A DNA stretch of 64,000 nucleotides from Macrostomum lignano (lineage: Eukaryota): positions 13,257 to 77,256 of the forward strand of contig NIVC01003777.1 of assembly GCA_002269645.1 (NCBI GenBank), in the 5' to 3' direction. Shown piece after piece: positions 39,801 through 51,399 of this stretch. Position 1 is the first letter of the stretch. Every line of letters starts with the position of its first letter. The notes under the pieces are model-generated. The model made no database searches. It worked only from the letters and a program-made list of their open reading frames with translations, and was not told the origin of the DNA. A program made the position numbers and the translations under genes.

Positions 39801-42800
39801 TTTCCCATACGATGCGCAGCGTTGCGGCGTCAAGATCGGCTCGATTATGCAGAGCTCGGCCTCTGTGAGAGTGCGGATGATGCCGGCCAGCGAGGTGGAG
39901 TTTAGCGGAGCCACAGGCAGCCACGAGTTCTGCGTGCAGAGCGTCTTCACTGAGGAAGGAGCTGAAGGCGAATTTCCATTCGTTCGGCTGGTTGTCGTCT
40001 TCTCGGTGCGCTGCTTACTGGGTCGGGGGGAAGGGATCGGAAGGGAAGAGTTGTAGGGAAGGGGTCGGAGGGAAAGAGTTGGAGGGGAAGGGGTCAGAGG
40101 GGAAGGGATCGGAGGGGAAGAGTTGGAAGGGAAGGGATCGGAGGGGAAGGGATCGGAGGGGAAGGGATCGGAGGGGAAGGGATCGGAGGGGAAGGGATCG
40201 GAGGGGAAGGGATCGGAGGGGAAGGGATCGGAGGGGAAGGGATCGGAGGGGAAGGGATCGGAGGGGAAGGGATCGGAGGGGAAGGGATCGGAGGGGAAGG
40301 GATCGGAGGGGAAGGGATCGGAGGGGAAGGGATCGGAGGGGAAGGGATCGGAGGGAAGGGATCGGAGGGGAAGGGATCGGAGGGGAAGGGATCGGAGGGG
40401 AAGGGATCGGAGGGGAATGGATCGGAGGGGAAGGGGTTGGAGGGGAATAGGTCGGAAGGGCAGGGGTCGAAAGGAAAGGGTTCGGGGGGGGGGGAGGAAT
40501 CTGACAGAAGGGATCCGAGGGGAGTTTTCAAAGTGGAAGAGGTTAATGAAGCTGTAGAAAGGTGTAGAAAGCAAACAGACAGGGTGGCCTCCTAGGTTGT
40601 CACCTGAGACAAAGTAAATTTTGGATAATTTACTGTGGAACTCACTCGAAAATTAATAATTTGATTTCGTTCACCAAAGCGCCGATCAACATTCTACCTG
40701 GTGAACATCGTCATACCCAGCCTCCTGCTGCTCGCCATCTCAACCCTGGTATTCCGCCTGCCACCGGAATGCGGCGAGCGAATGTCCCTGAGCGTCACCA
40801 TCGTGCTGTCGATGTGCGTGTTCCTGCAGCTGGCTGGCAGCTACACCCCAACGCAGAGCGAAGCTGTGCCTCTGCTCAGTGAGTTAAATAAATTTCAGAA
40901 CTCCGTTTTTGGATCCTGATACAAAACTTTCGGTAGAATGTACAAAAGTGCAAGGATGCATACACACACACACACATCGAAAAAAGATACAACACTTATC
41001 TTTAAATATATGATTGCCAGTTTTATTGGTTCTTTGCTTTTACAACGCATTTTTGTAAAATTTATAACAGGCAAGTCATACGGAAGTATTGTAAGGATTA
41101 GCCTTTCATCCGAAGAAATGAAAAGGTCCAATCTCAGTAGTGTTATTTTTCTCGTACTTTCGCGTGAAGCCAGTATTAACAGTAGAACTACCAAGAGGGG
41201 GAAATTCCCCCCCCCCCTGACATTTTTTTGCTGCGCCGGAACGGAGCAACGCAGGCACACGAAATTCAAGAAAACGGGCTAATTTTTTGTTGCGCACCTT
41301 CTCAAACAAGAATCAAGTCGCCAGCCCTCCGGACCGTCGAGATATTCGACGATTATGCCAGAAGGTCGGATTTTTCCCATAAGCGCCAGTGTATTCAGTG
41401 CACCCCTGTGCGCCAGTCAGCACTGCGCCTCAGTGCAGCCTCGCCAAGCCTCCAAATTTCATCAGCACGTAGACCAAATGTGTCTGCATCAGCTCTGACT
41501 TCGTTGGTCACTAGCCTTCACCCAGGCGGAGCTTCTGGACCTTCAGCAGGTGGCACCAAGTGACTATGGACAGCCTGATGCAGATTTCTCTAGTTTCGCC
41601 GATCAAGCCTTGACAGTGAGCAAAAATCAACTGCTGGGCATCCTCAGCTAGTCTCTCAAACATTCCGTCATCACCCCGACACCGTCGGCACCTTCAACAG
41701 ATTACACCAGGCGATTATTGGCATCCTGTTGCAAATATTTTAGACTGTTCTGATCAATCTTCAATAATGGGCAAACCTCTACTGCTAGGTATCCTCAACT
41801 AGTTTTTCAAGCATCCGGTCGTCATTCAGCCGTCGTCGGCACCTTCAAGAAGACGAAACCGACTATAGACACCCAAAAGAGAATATTTTTATTGTTAACA
41901 ATTTTAGCAATTTATAAGATAGAAGACTAGATATCCAGTATATTATGAATTGATCTTCATTCCGAACAGAAAATTGGATAATTTCTAGTAATTTTTTCTT
42001 CGCGAAGATTCTGTTCAATTTACAGTTTAATTAGCAAATTACGTCATCAAGTTTACTTAATTATGTCCGGTGATGATAGACTGTTTGAGAGTATAGCTGA
42101 GAACGACCAGAAGTTAAAGTTTGCCTATTATTGATGTTGGTCAGCGACATCAAAGAAATTCGCAACAGCGTGTCCATTGTCACCTGTTTTCATCTGTTGA
42201 AGGAGCCGACGGCGTCGGGTGATGATAGAATGCTCGAGAGACTATCTGAGAATGTCCGTCGGTTGAGGCTTGCCCATTATTGAAGCTTGATAAGAAAAAT
42301 CTGACATATTTGCAACAGGATGTTCATAGTCATCTTGTGTCATCTGTTGAAGGTGCCGACGGCGTCGAGGTGATGACGGAATGCTTGACAGACCAGCTGA
42401 GGATGTCCAGCAGTTGATTTTGCCCACTGTCGAGGCTTGATCAGCGAAACTAGAGAAATTCGTATCAGGCTGTCCATAGTCACCTGGTGCCACCTGTTGA
42501 AAGTCCAGAAGCTCCGCCTGGGTGAAGGCTAGTGACCAACGAAGTCAGAGCTGATGCAGACACATGTGGTCTACGTGCTGATGAAATTTGGAGGCTTGGC
42601 AAGGCTGCACTGAGGCGCAGTGCTGACTGGCGCACAGGGGTGCACTGAATACACTGGCGCTTATGGGAAAAATCCGACCTTCTGGCATAATCGTCGAATA
42701 TCTCGACGGTCCGGAGGGCTGGCGACTTGATTCTTGTTTGAGAAGGTGCGCAACAAAAAGTTAGCCCGTTTTCTTGAATTTCGTGTGCCTGCGTTACTCC

Positions 42801-44140
42801 GTTCCGGCGCAGCAAAAAAATGTCAGGGGGGGGGGGGAATTCCCCCCTTCTCTTGGTAGTTCGACGGGCGGAAAAATGGCTTGGTATTCCTACTGTTAAA
42901 AGCGTTTCGAGCTACTTATAGTAGTCATCTTCTTAATCAAATTTCAGCCTATCACTGCAGCGCGGTGGCCATGCTGACCATGGGCAGCCTGCTCGGCAAT
43001 GTGTTCGTGCTCGACTGCCACTTCAAGCTGCAGCGGGGCGGCAGGCGGGTGGTCAGTCCGCTGGTCCGGCTGCTGTTTCTCAACCGCTGCATTACTGGGA
43101 ATTGCAAGCGAACGGCAGACGCGGTGAGTCACGCGACAATCTCGAAAGGCATCTGACAGAAGCTAAATTTGAGCCACAAGGAGACAGGGGCGCCAACCAA
43201 GAGACAGGGGCACCCACCAAGAGACAGGGCGCCCACCAAGAGACAGGGGCGGCCACCAAGAGACAGGGGCGGCCACCAAGACAGCAAATATTGTCGACCC
43301 TTAGGGTTAAATAAATTATTGTGCACGCCACTAAGCCTGCGAGTTGAATATAAATCTATAGAGGGGAGAACTCGGACTTATAAGAAGCTTTTGAAGAGTT
43401 AAGCAAGATAAATTGAGCTATTAAATGTGTATCTAAAAGTGAGATTCAAACTCTTTAGTAACTTATATGCTAGCTGGTTATAACCGCTAAGTTACGGACT
43501 CACCCGCATTCAACGTTTAGCCTTTTATATAGATAACTATATAGTAATTAGGTCAAGTGAATGATGGTTGGCGCCATCTATGGTGGTTGGTTGCATTGGG
43601 GGTTGTAGCCTAGTGGTCGATCCCACTGGAACAATTTGTTTCCTTGAGCAAGACACCTAACTCTGCATTGCTTCAGTTTATCCAGCTGTAAAATGGGTGT
43701 CAGCATTAGCTGGGGTAATTGAGGGTGTGTGTGACGACCATACGCAGCCTTCAGATGCGCCGCGCAATAGCTGCGGCTGAGCTGTCGATCTGTCCCGATT
43801 AGTGCAGGTGTAATCAATTATTATTATTGAACAGTTTCTTAGTTCCCTCTCGCTATTTCTCTGATAAAACGTCAAGATCAGCTCCTGGTGTAACATTGCA
43901 TCGTTACATTGTGCCGTCCCATTTCCACAGAGGGTACTACCAGCCAACAAGACTTCGGGCAGCTCTGACGCCGAGACGGAGGAGGCAGCCGGTCGAGAAG
44001 TCAATGAATGGCTGGTCGTGGTTGCTGCCGCTGACAGGTGTCTGTTCGCCCTGTTCCTGTCCGCCACTCTCACCATAGCCGTCGCAGTTTGCTGCGTTGA
44101 GACGAGCTCTGTGCGAGCCTGCCAGTACAGCGCCTACTGA
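33879..44140 (+). CDS. Divergent nAChR-like Cys-loop channel subunit A, 7 exons: 33879-34118, 34943-34987, 35066-35184, 39684-40005, 40680-40878, 42948-43123, 43931-44140 (436 aa, frame intact)
   Basis: Signal peptide; YSPAVRP; 45-nt exon DSTVQELTLQVWLTL; WNDNRLAW...VWQPDV; Cys-loop CRFDMRNFPYDAQRC; M1-M2 FYLVNIVIP...LPPECGERMSLSVTIVLSMCVFL; M4 EWLVVVAAADRCLF. Exon phases sum to an open frame of 1311 nt. Confidence 0.9.
34175..34760. repeat. 28-bp minisatellite (TAGTGTCCGAAACTCCAACACCGATATC) in intron 1 of channel A
   Basis: About 16 near-perfect units decaying toward the 3' end. Confidence 0.95.
35217..39208 (-). mobile_element. Ty3/gypsy LTR retrotransposon (gag-PR-RT-RH-IN) in intron 3 of channel A, antisense to the host; defective as assembled
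   Basis: TSD CCAAT (35212-35216, 39209-39213). 3' LTR 35449-35217 (TG...CA) after a PPT at 35450-35464. 5' LTR reduced to 39208-39176. PBS-like TGGCGTCGCTG overlaps the gag ATG at 39175. Motifs: PR MVDSGAS, RT FIDD, RH TDASPYG, IN HCSH..CHTC/D-D-E. Frameshifts at about 38458 and 35955. Confidence 0.95.
40030..40445. repeat. 15-bp purine-rich minisatellite (GGGAAGGGATCGGAG) in intron 4 of channel A
   Basis: Direct reading; source of the PSDPF and EGKGS ORFs. Confidence 0.96.
41180..42895. mobile_element. Foldback DNA element with ~700-bp inverted arms and TTAA flanks (Sola3-like) in intron 5 of channel A
   Basis: TTAA|CAGTAG at 41176-41185 and CTACTG|TTAA at 42890-42899. About 41185-41870 is the reverse complement of about 42170-42862; twin ORFs 41228-41563 (+) and 42480-42815 (-). 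Confidence 0.82.
43170..43282. repeat. ~20-bp repeat (CCACCAAGAGACAGGGGCGC), related array at 45530-45742
   Basis: Direct reading. Confidence 0.85.
43598..43829 (+). mobile_element. SINE copy with deletion between A and B boxes, ending in an (ATT)n tail
   Basis: GGGGTTGTAGCCTAGTGG joined to TCGATCCCACTGG; CORE-like body; tail GTGCAGGTGTAATCAATTATTATTATT. Confidence 0.85.
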
Positions 44141-44373
44141 GACTGAGCACGAAATGCTGAGCTTAAAGCTTCTAAACCGCAGATTAGTGATGCAAGCAAT
44201 GCGTGTTGCTACCCACGTACTGAACAAAAATGAAGAAGCATATACACTTGTTAGAGGAAAGTTACAATAAAAAGCCCCAAGAATCAGGCTCTGCTTCTAA
44301 AAGAGCCGCTTTCATTCGTCAAATTGAACAATCATTAGTTAAAACTCGGTTTTCCATTTCTATTTCGATGCAG

Positions 44374-44870
44374 CTGTCAGTGCAAGCTGTTCCTGTTCGA
44401 TGCGTGCAGTCACCGTGTGCAGTCTGTGCCGAGCTGCACTCATCAGGTGACTGTGTATGTGAGGTCTCTGCCCGGCGTACCTCCGGGTCACCTGTGTCCG
44501 TCCGGATACGAGCACACGAGACACGGCACATCGTACAAGGTGGTCACGTCGGTGACTCTCACCTGGAACAACGCCAACCTGACCTGCAGTGCGGATCCCG
44601 GACTGACCAAGTTCTCTGATGCGATCGACCTTGATGAGGCTCTGCACCTGAGGTCGCTGAAGCAGCTGATGGGCAGCTCGTTCGATTTTTCCTTGGGATT
44701 TTAGAAATTTGAATGCTTACTCTGACTGGTTCTGGGCCGCCTGCGACCGCGTGGCACTCTGGAGAGCCGAACGGTGCCGCGTCATTGGAGTGCACAAATC
44801 TTTGGTGCAGCTTTGAAAAATTGAAGGCTTGACTACGATTCCTACATCTGCGAGTGCCAGTCCGTGTTTT
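44374..44870 (+). pseudogene. 5'-truncated, deleted copy of the EPN C-type lectin gene (53794-54546)
   Basis: Near-identical to about 54012-54330, then deletions and frameshifts; retains the terminal TACATCTGCGAGTGCCAGTCCGTGTT; lacks the signal peptide. Confidence 0.88.
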
Positions 44871-45529
44871 CAGACAACTTTCTTAAACTAAATTATTACC
44901 TAAGCAAATATAATCGAAGCTATGGCCATGAACTAGTTTTGTAGTATGGGTTCTAATGTTAATTACTGTTACATTTAAGAACTTATTACTGACAGATTCT
45001 AAAATGATTTTTTAGACATCTTGAAAGAAAGTTCACAAAGTTATTTTTATCTCAGAATTCTGTACCCTAAGTAAGCTGAGGTCCTTAAGCATTTGAGCAA
45101 GTTGAAATGCGAGTAGTTGCTTCGTTCACACTTCAAGTAAGTGATTCTGTGCAGAATAGACCAACCTGCTCAGAAGTCATTAGGAATTCCGAAGAATCCT
45201 CTCCCAATGCTTCACCTGTTGAAGGCAGTCTTAGCCCTTTATTTCACCTGTCACTGACGTCTCACGCTTTTTTCAGCGTAAGATGAGCACTTTCGCCTTG
45301 GCATTGAGTGCAGCCTCAGCCAACAACACTCAAACTTGAGCAGCTCAATAGAGTGGCAGGCCCAGTAAATTTCTGACAAAGCTTGTTTTCACAGGAAATT
45401 TCTCTTTTTACGAGCTATATTTGAAACTTTCCCTGATTCACAGATCATATTTATACTGCATCCCACAGGAGCTCAACTTTTGCAACCTCTTGGGTGTCGT
45501 ATCCAACGGCCTAAGTAAGAGAAGGGGGT

Positions 45530-45742
45530 AGGGGCGCCGACTAAGAGACAGGGCGACCACCAAGAAACAGAGGCGCCCATCAAGAGACAGGGGCACCCAT
45601 CAACAAGAGACAGGGGCACCCATCAAGAGACAGGGGCACCCATCAACAAGAGACAGGGGCACCCATCAAGAGACAGGGGCGCCCACCAAGAGACAGGAGT
45701 GCCAGCAAGGGTCGCACACCAAGGGTCGCCCACCAAGAGACA
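45530..45742. repeat. ~20-23-bp repeat (CAAGAGACAGGGGCACCCAT)
   Basis: Direct reading. Confidence 0.85.
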
Positions 45743-46230
45743 TAAATACATACTCGTAAGCACCATTGTAATGGTCCTGTATTAAGCTCGGTTGATACCT
45801 CAGACTTAATTTAAAATTTACAGGTACAACTCGCTACTCATAGTAAACTGTTTCGAAAACAAATTAATCTGTCAAATGCTGCGCGGGTTTTACTGTGTGT
45901 GGAATCATCCTACAGAGGTGGGGACTAAGGACGCGAAGCACAGGGCCAACTTAAGGGCGCTGTTGAAATGCTGTCTTTTGTTTAGATTTTCTGCGCAGCA
46001 GAGTCACAAGTTAAGTTGGAAGAGGCTCAACAAAGAGAAGTGAAGAGTTGTAACCACCGGGCGCCAGGTTCCACCGCAAGAAGTGTCTGTCTGAATGTCT
46101 CCTTACAAAAGATCACTCCTAAGACTTGAAAGACGTGACAAGAGCTATTTAAGCAAGAAGCAATACTCTAGTCGTTTATTTCTCACTGAAGTTTGACTGC
46201 TCAACGATCATTCCAGCAATCCGTAATCCA

Positions 46231-47004
46231 ATGCTGCTCTTCGCACTGCTGCAGCTGCTGTGGGTGTCGGCAGTTCTGTCCGATTCCTGCAGCTCTGACG
46301 GAGTGAAATTCTCTCCAATCACCGGTGTGGACTGCGTGAGCCCCGAGTTCACTCGAACTGTGTCGGGCCTGTGCTCTCCACTCGAATGCAGCATTCAGTG
46401 CGCTCAAATGCCCAAGTGTCAGGCTTTCAGACTGCTGACAGCTGGAGCCTGTCAGTGCAAGCTGTTCCTGTTCGATGCGTGCAGTCACCGTGTGCAGTCT
46501 GTGCCGAGCTGCACTCATCAGGTGACTGTGTATGTGAGGTCTCTGCCCGGCGTACCTCCGGGTCGCCTGTGTCCGACCGGATACGAGCATACCAAATACG
46601 GCACCTCGTACAAGATTACATCGTCTCCAAACAAGAATTGGCAAACTGCCAACCAAATCTGCAGTACGCAACCGGGACTTTCGAAGTTCGCTGACGCAAT
46701 CGATTTCGAGGAAGCCGCGTACCTGAGGTTGCTGGTGCGGGCAGACTACAACCCCGACTGCTTCCTGGGCGGCAAGCTGACAACTGACATATCCACTGCC
46801 ACAACCAAGTCCAACTGGGTCTGGACCGCCTGCAACCTGACCATCGATGCGAGTGTCTGGCAGGGCGGGCAGCCCGACGGAGTCAATGAATATAATAGCA
46901 GCGGCTGCGCCAACCTGTGCTCTTATTTTGGCACCGGAGGCATCGACGACCATGGATGCGACATCTCAACCTGGTACATCTGCGAGTGCCAGTCCGTGTT
47001 CTGA
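46231..47004 (+). CDS. Secreted PAN/apple + C-type lectin protein (QPD motif), intronless, 257 aa
   Basis: Signal peptide; CSPLECSIQCAQMPKCQAF (PAN-like); CPTGY...NWQTANQIC...FLGG...WVW...WQGGQPDG...C...IDDHGC...YICEC (CTL fold). Confidence 0.88.
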   Translation: MLLFALLQLLWVSAVLSDSCSSDGVKFSPITGVDCVSPEFTRTVSGLCSPLECSIQCAQMPKCQAFRLLTAGACQCKLFLFDACSHRVQSVPSCTHQVTVYVRSLPGVPPGRLCPTGYEHTKYGTSYKITSSPNKNWQTANQICSTQPGLSKFADAIDFEEAAYLRLLVRADYNPDCFLGGKLTTDISTATTKSNWVWTACNLTIDASVWQGGQPDGVNEYNSSGCANLCSYFGTGGIDDHGCDISTWYICECQSVF

Positions 47005-47285
47005 CACTGCCTTCGACAATTTCTCTTGATACAATAGTTAACAGGGCCATTTTGAATCTTAGGCCATCTGAAAATGAACTAAACTTTCGGCACCAGCAAA
47101 ATTTTCCATTGTAGCTCTCCATTGAATGCACCACTCTTACAATACAGAGTACCATTTTGTGTAGTCGCAGTCTTGATTTAAGGCTAGCTTTAGCAATGCT
47201 TAGATACTAGATAGATATTAGCGATATATTCTCTTTTTATCCGGATATTATGGAAAACTATAAACAGAAATATTATGGAAAATTG

Positions 47286-48369
47286 CAGGGCCGTAGCCGG
47301 GGTGGGCGCCAAGGGAGGCCGAAGGGATGCCAAAACTCTGGCGTTCCCTTGCCAGTTGGTGCTGGCGCCCCTGGTGCTGGCGCCCCTGGTGCTGGCGCCC
47401 CTGGTGCTGGCGCCCCTGGTGCTGGCGCCCCTGGTGCTGGCGCCCCTGGTGCTGGCGCCCCTGGTGCTGGCGCCCCTGGTGCTGGCGCCCCTGGTGCTGG
47501 CGCCCCTGGTGCTGGCGCCCCTGGTGCTGGCGCCCCTGGTGCTGGCGCCCCTGGTGCTGGCGCCCCTGGTGCTGGCGCCCCTGGTGCTGGCGCCCCTGGT
47601 GCTGGCGCCCCTGGTGCTGGCGCCCCTGGTGCTAAAGCCCCTGGTGCTAAAGCCCCTGGTGCTGGCGCCCCTGGTGCTAAAGCCCCTGGTGCTGGCGCCC
47701 CTGGTGCTGGCGCCCCTGGTGCTGGCGCCCCTGGTGCTGGCGCCCCTGGTGCTGGCGCCCCTGGTGCTGGCGCCCCTGGTGCTGGCGCCCCTGGTGCTGG
47801 CGCCCCTGGTGCTGGCGCCCCTGGTGCTGGCGCCCCTGGTGCTGGCGCCCCTGGTGCTGGCGCCCCTGGTGCTGGCGCCCCTGGTGCTGGCGCCCCTGGT
47901 GCTGGCGCCCCTGGTGCTGGCGCCCCTGGTGCTGGCGCCCCTGGTGCTGGCGCCCCTGGTGCTGGCGCCCCTGGTGCTGGCGCCCCTGGTGCTGGCGCCC
48001 CTGGTGCTGGCGCCCCTGGTGCTGGCGCCCCTGGTGCTGGCGCCCCTGGTGCTGGCGCCCCTGGTGCTGGCGCCCCTGGTGCTGGCGCCCCTGGTGCTGG
48101 CGCCCCTGGTGCTGGCGCCCCTGGTGCTGGCGCCCCTGGTGCTGGCGCCCCTGGTGCTGGCGCCCCTGGTGCTGGCGCCCCTGGTGCTGGCGCCCCTGGT
48201 GCTGGCGCCCCTGGTGCTGGCGCCCCTGGTGCTAAAGCCCCTGGAGCTAAAGCCCCTGGTGCTAAAGCCCCTGGTGCTAAAGCCCCTGGAGCTAAAGCCC
48301 CTGGTGCTAAAGCCGCCACGATGACGCCCCCACGATGTGGCCCCAATGAAAGACCTTGGCTACGCCCTG
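47286..48369. mobile_element. hAT-like MITE shell carrying an expanded 15-bp minisatellite (GGTGCTGGCGCCCCT, about 64 units, 47357-48315)
   Basis: Termini CAGGGCCGTAGCC / GGCTACGCCCTG; no TSD found. Confidence 0.7.
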
Positions 48370-48971
48370 AGCCGGTTGGAAATTAAAAAACTTTGAACGC
48401 TGGAAACTCCACTGGAAAAAGCAGCCTAATGAGTACAATTATTTGTTTCTCTAGCTATGTTTTATTACTAAAATTATCTACCATTTCTAATTTTCCGTGA
48501 TCTATCGTTAATCTGTCCATTTAATTTACTGAAAAAAGTTACTTTAGGAGCTGCCCCACTTGCAGTGTACGTGAGTCCCAACAAATATATTCTTATGTGC
48601 AAGCGTATTATGAGCGCTGTCACAAAATGCATCTGTCTGGATCCTGCCAAAATGGCTTCTTAGAAAGTTTATTTCTTTCTGAAAAGAAAAACAGCCCCAT
48701 TGTTGAAGACAGCCTCACCCAACCAAAATTTCAAAGGCGCTGTTTTGCGGCAGAAATTCCACCCCTCCCAGTCAAGTTGCCATGGTAACTAAACTGCAGC
48801 TTTTAACGGCAGGTGGAGTGACTCTGTATAGAAGCGGTGAGGCGGAGATGGTCCCATTAGGCAAGGCTTGAGCTCACTGGAGAGGGAATAGTGTGCTCGA
48901 CTGTCTCCACTGTTTCTTTGTTTGACTGCTTTCTGCTCTGCTGAACTTGAGCTGCTTTTGTTTAGCGACAA

Positions 48972-49441
<470 letters not shown>

Positions 49442-51399
49442 ATACAGGCGTTTAAAGACAGGGTTTAGGGCCAGGTTTTTTATTGACAGGGATTTTAGGG
49501 CCAGGGGTGAAGGGCGAAGGGTTTAGGGACAGTGGTTTAGGGGGAGGTCGTAAGTGGCAAGGGTTTTAAGACTAGGATTAACGGGGCTAAATGAAAGGAA
49601 TTAAGAATTAGTGGGGTTTATGGAGTGGGGCGCAGACGGTATTAATATGAATTGCGGGGTTACGCGTCGTAGGGCTAGACTTTTATGTAATCCACTTGCG
49701 AGCTATCTTAACAATGACTTTCAATCTTCAACCGAAACCATTCGTTGGACTCTGGGAAATTGAGTTTCGAATGAGAATTCTTGACTTTAAACACGTTTTC
49801 TCCATAGAGAAAGGCGTGTGAATGCAGCAGGAGTCTTTAGGAGATGCAGGAGATGCTAAAGCTTGCAAGCAGGAGAGTTCCGCTTCAAAAACTTTTTGCC
49901 GATCGGGTGAGGACCCCAAGGCACAATGCGCCTGGCAATGATCAACCAACCATGGTAGAAGGAAAGCAGTGGCACGCAGACAGAAACTAGTGACCCACAG
50001 ACAGCTGCTGCTTCAATACTGCACATCACGTCAAAGGAAACTCAACAAAATGCAGGCTGTGGTGTCTTGATAGACAAACACAGGAAAACCGCGAGTAATT
50101 AGGCGGTTTTCCGCAGAAACCGCGAGTAACTTAGGACAACCCGCGCTTATATTACACATCCAACCACGAATTATTACGCGATCGATAAATTTGGCAACAA
50201 TAAAATGTATTAATTGTCTGCATCACATTTACGGTGACGCCTACTTACAGTAGAGTAGTAAGAAAAATATCCCTTTTAGTTAGTTAGTAAAACGACCCTT
50301 TTAAGGGCTCCTTGCCACGACACAACACAGGCAAGAAGAAATTCAAAGACAGCACCCATGATGAGGCCAAATACAGGGGGAAATATAGGGAAATACTACA
50401 CAAATTATCTGATTACATTCGTTACACTCGTCATATGAAACTGAGGAAGACAAATGTGGCAATAACTTTGGCAGTTTTTCTGAGGTAAATCTGCAAGGAT
50501 GGATATTGAGCTAGGAAGTCCTTTATGTCTTTGTTTTTCCTAATTGGTAGACATTCACAACTCCAGCCCTCAGCCGTTTCTATGGCGTGTTATGTAGCTC
50601 TTTCACAGCAAGTGTGCGGACGGAAATTCTCACAATAGACAGAGCTTAAGGGGTTTGACGTAGACTTGACAATGCTTCTTGTGCATTCATACAGGTCTTC
50701 CAAACTGCATGTCTTCTTGGCTAGCTGGAAAGAGCCCTTCTCTTTTGACAACTTGATTGACTGACGCGTTGCCTGCTCTCCAATGGCAGAGATTGAACCT
50801 CCACAAAGCTTTTGCTTGGTTTTGATGCAGTGCCATTTCTACAACTGTTTGCCCTTTGACAGCAATATATACGCTGTAGGACTTGCCAGCATCTTTTGGT
50901 ATTATCTCAGTTGGAAAACTGATTGCGCTTTCTAGCCATTTTGGTTTGGGCCATAGACTATGACTGCATAGAATGCAGTCATACTCGTATTTGCGAAGGG
51001 GGGTGCCTAAAACCATATTTGTTTTATGTAGCTTATTAGAATTTTCGTTCCAACGCGTGTTTAAAATAAAATGAGAGAGACAGTGTAGGCGCTCGCTTCA
51101 CTTCTTCTCTCGCCCGCTTCTGCGGGCCCAAAGGCATGGCCATTGCCCGAAATATTTGTTCATGGCAATGACCTCCGGACAATGACCGGCCATTTTCTGG
51201 AGGTAAAATAACAAGACTGGACAACAATACCATAGGCGAAAAAAGTAACACGAAGCGTGAAATTCTTATATTTATTGAAGTCCAACAAAAAATGTTCCAA
51301 CAATAACACTGCTTAGTCAATTGAGTGCAAGTCTAACCTATGGTCATGTTCTCATCACGACAGCAGGAGAAAGTCCAGAAAATACGACGGTTGAGTCCA

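Noticed and set aside
33879-44140. Naming the channels as specific alpha-type nAChR (CHRNA) genes
   Set aside because: No vicinal cysteines in loop C and loss of the cage aromatics; orthology cannot be assigned by eye.
47250-48386. 378-aa (GAGAP)n ORF as an elastin, silk or collagen-like protein
   Set aside because: It is a homogeneous 15-bp DNA repeat open in several frames on both strands, with no signal peptide, and lies inside MITE-like termini.
49455-49580. TTAGGG-like motifs as interstitial telomere
   Set aside because: Scattered, degenerate and not tandem.
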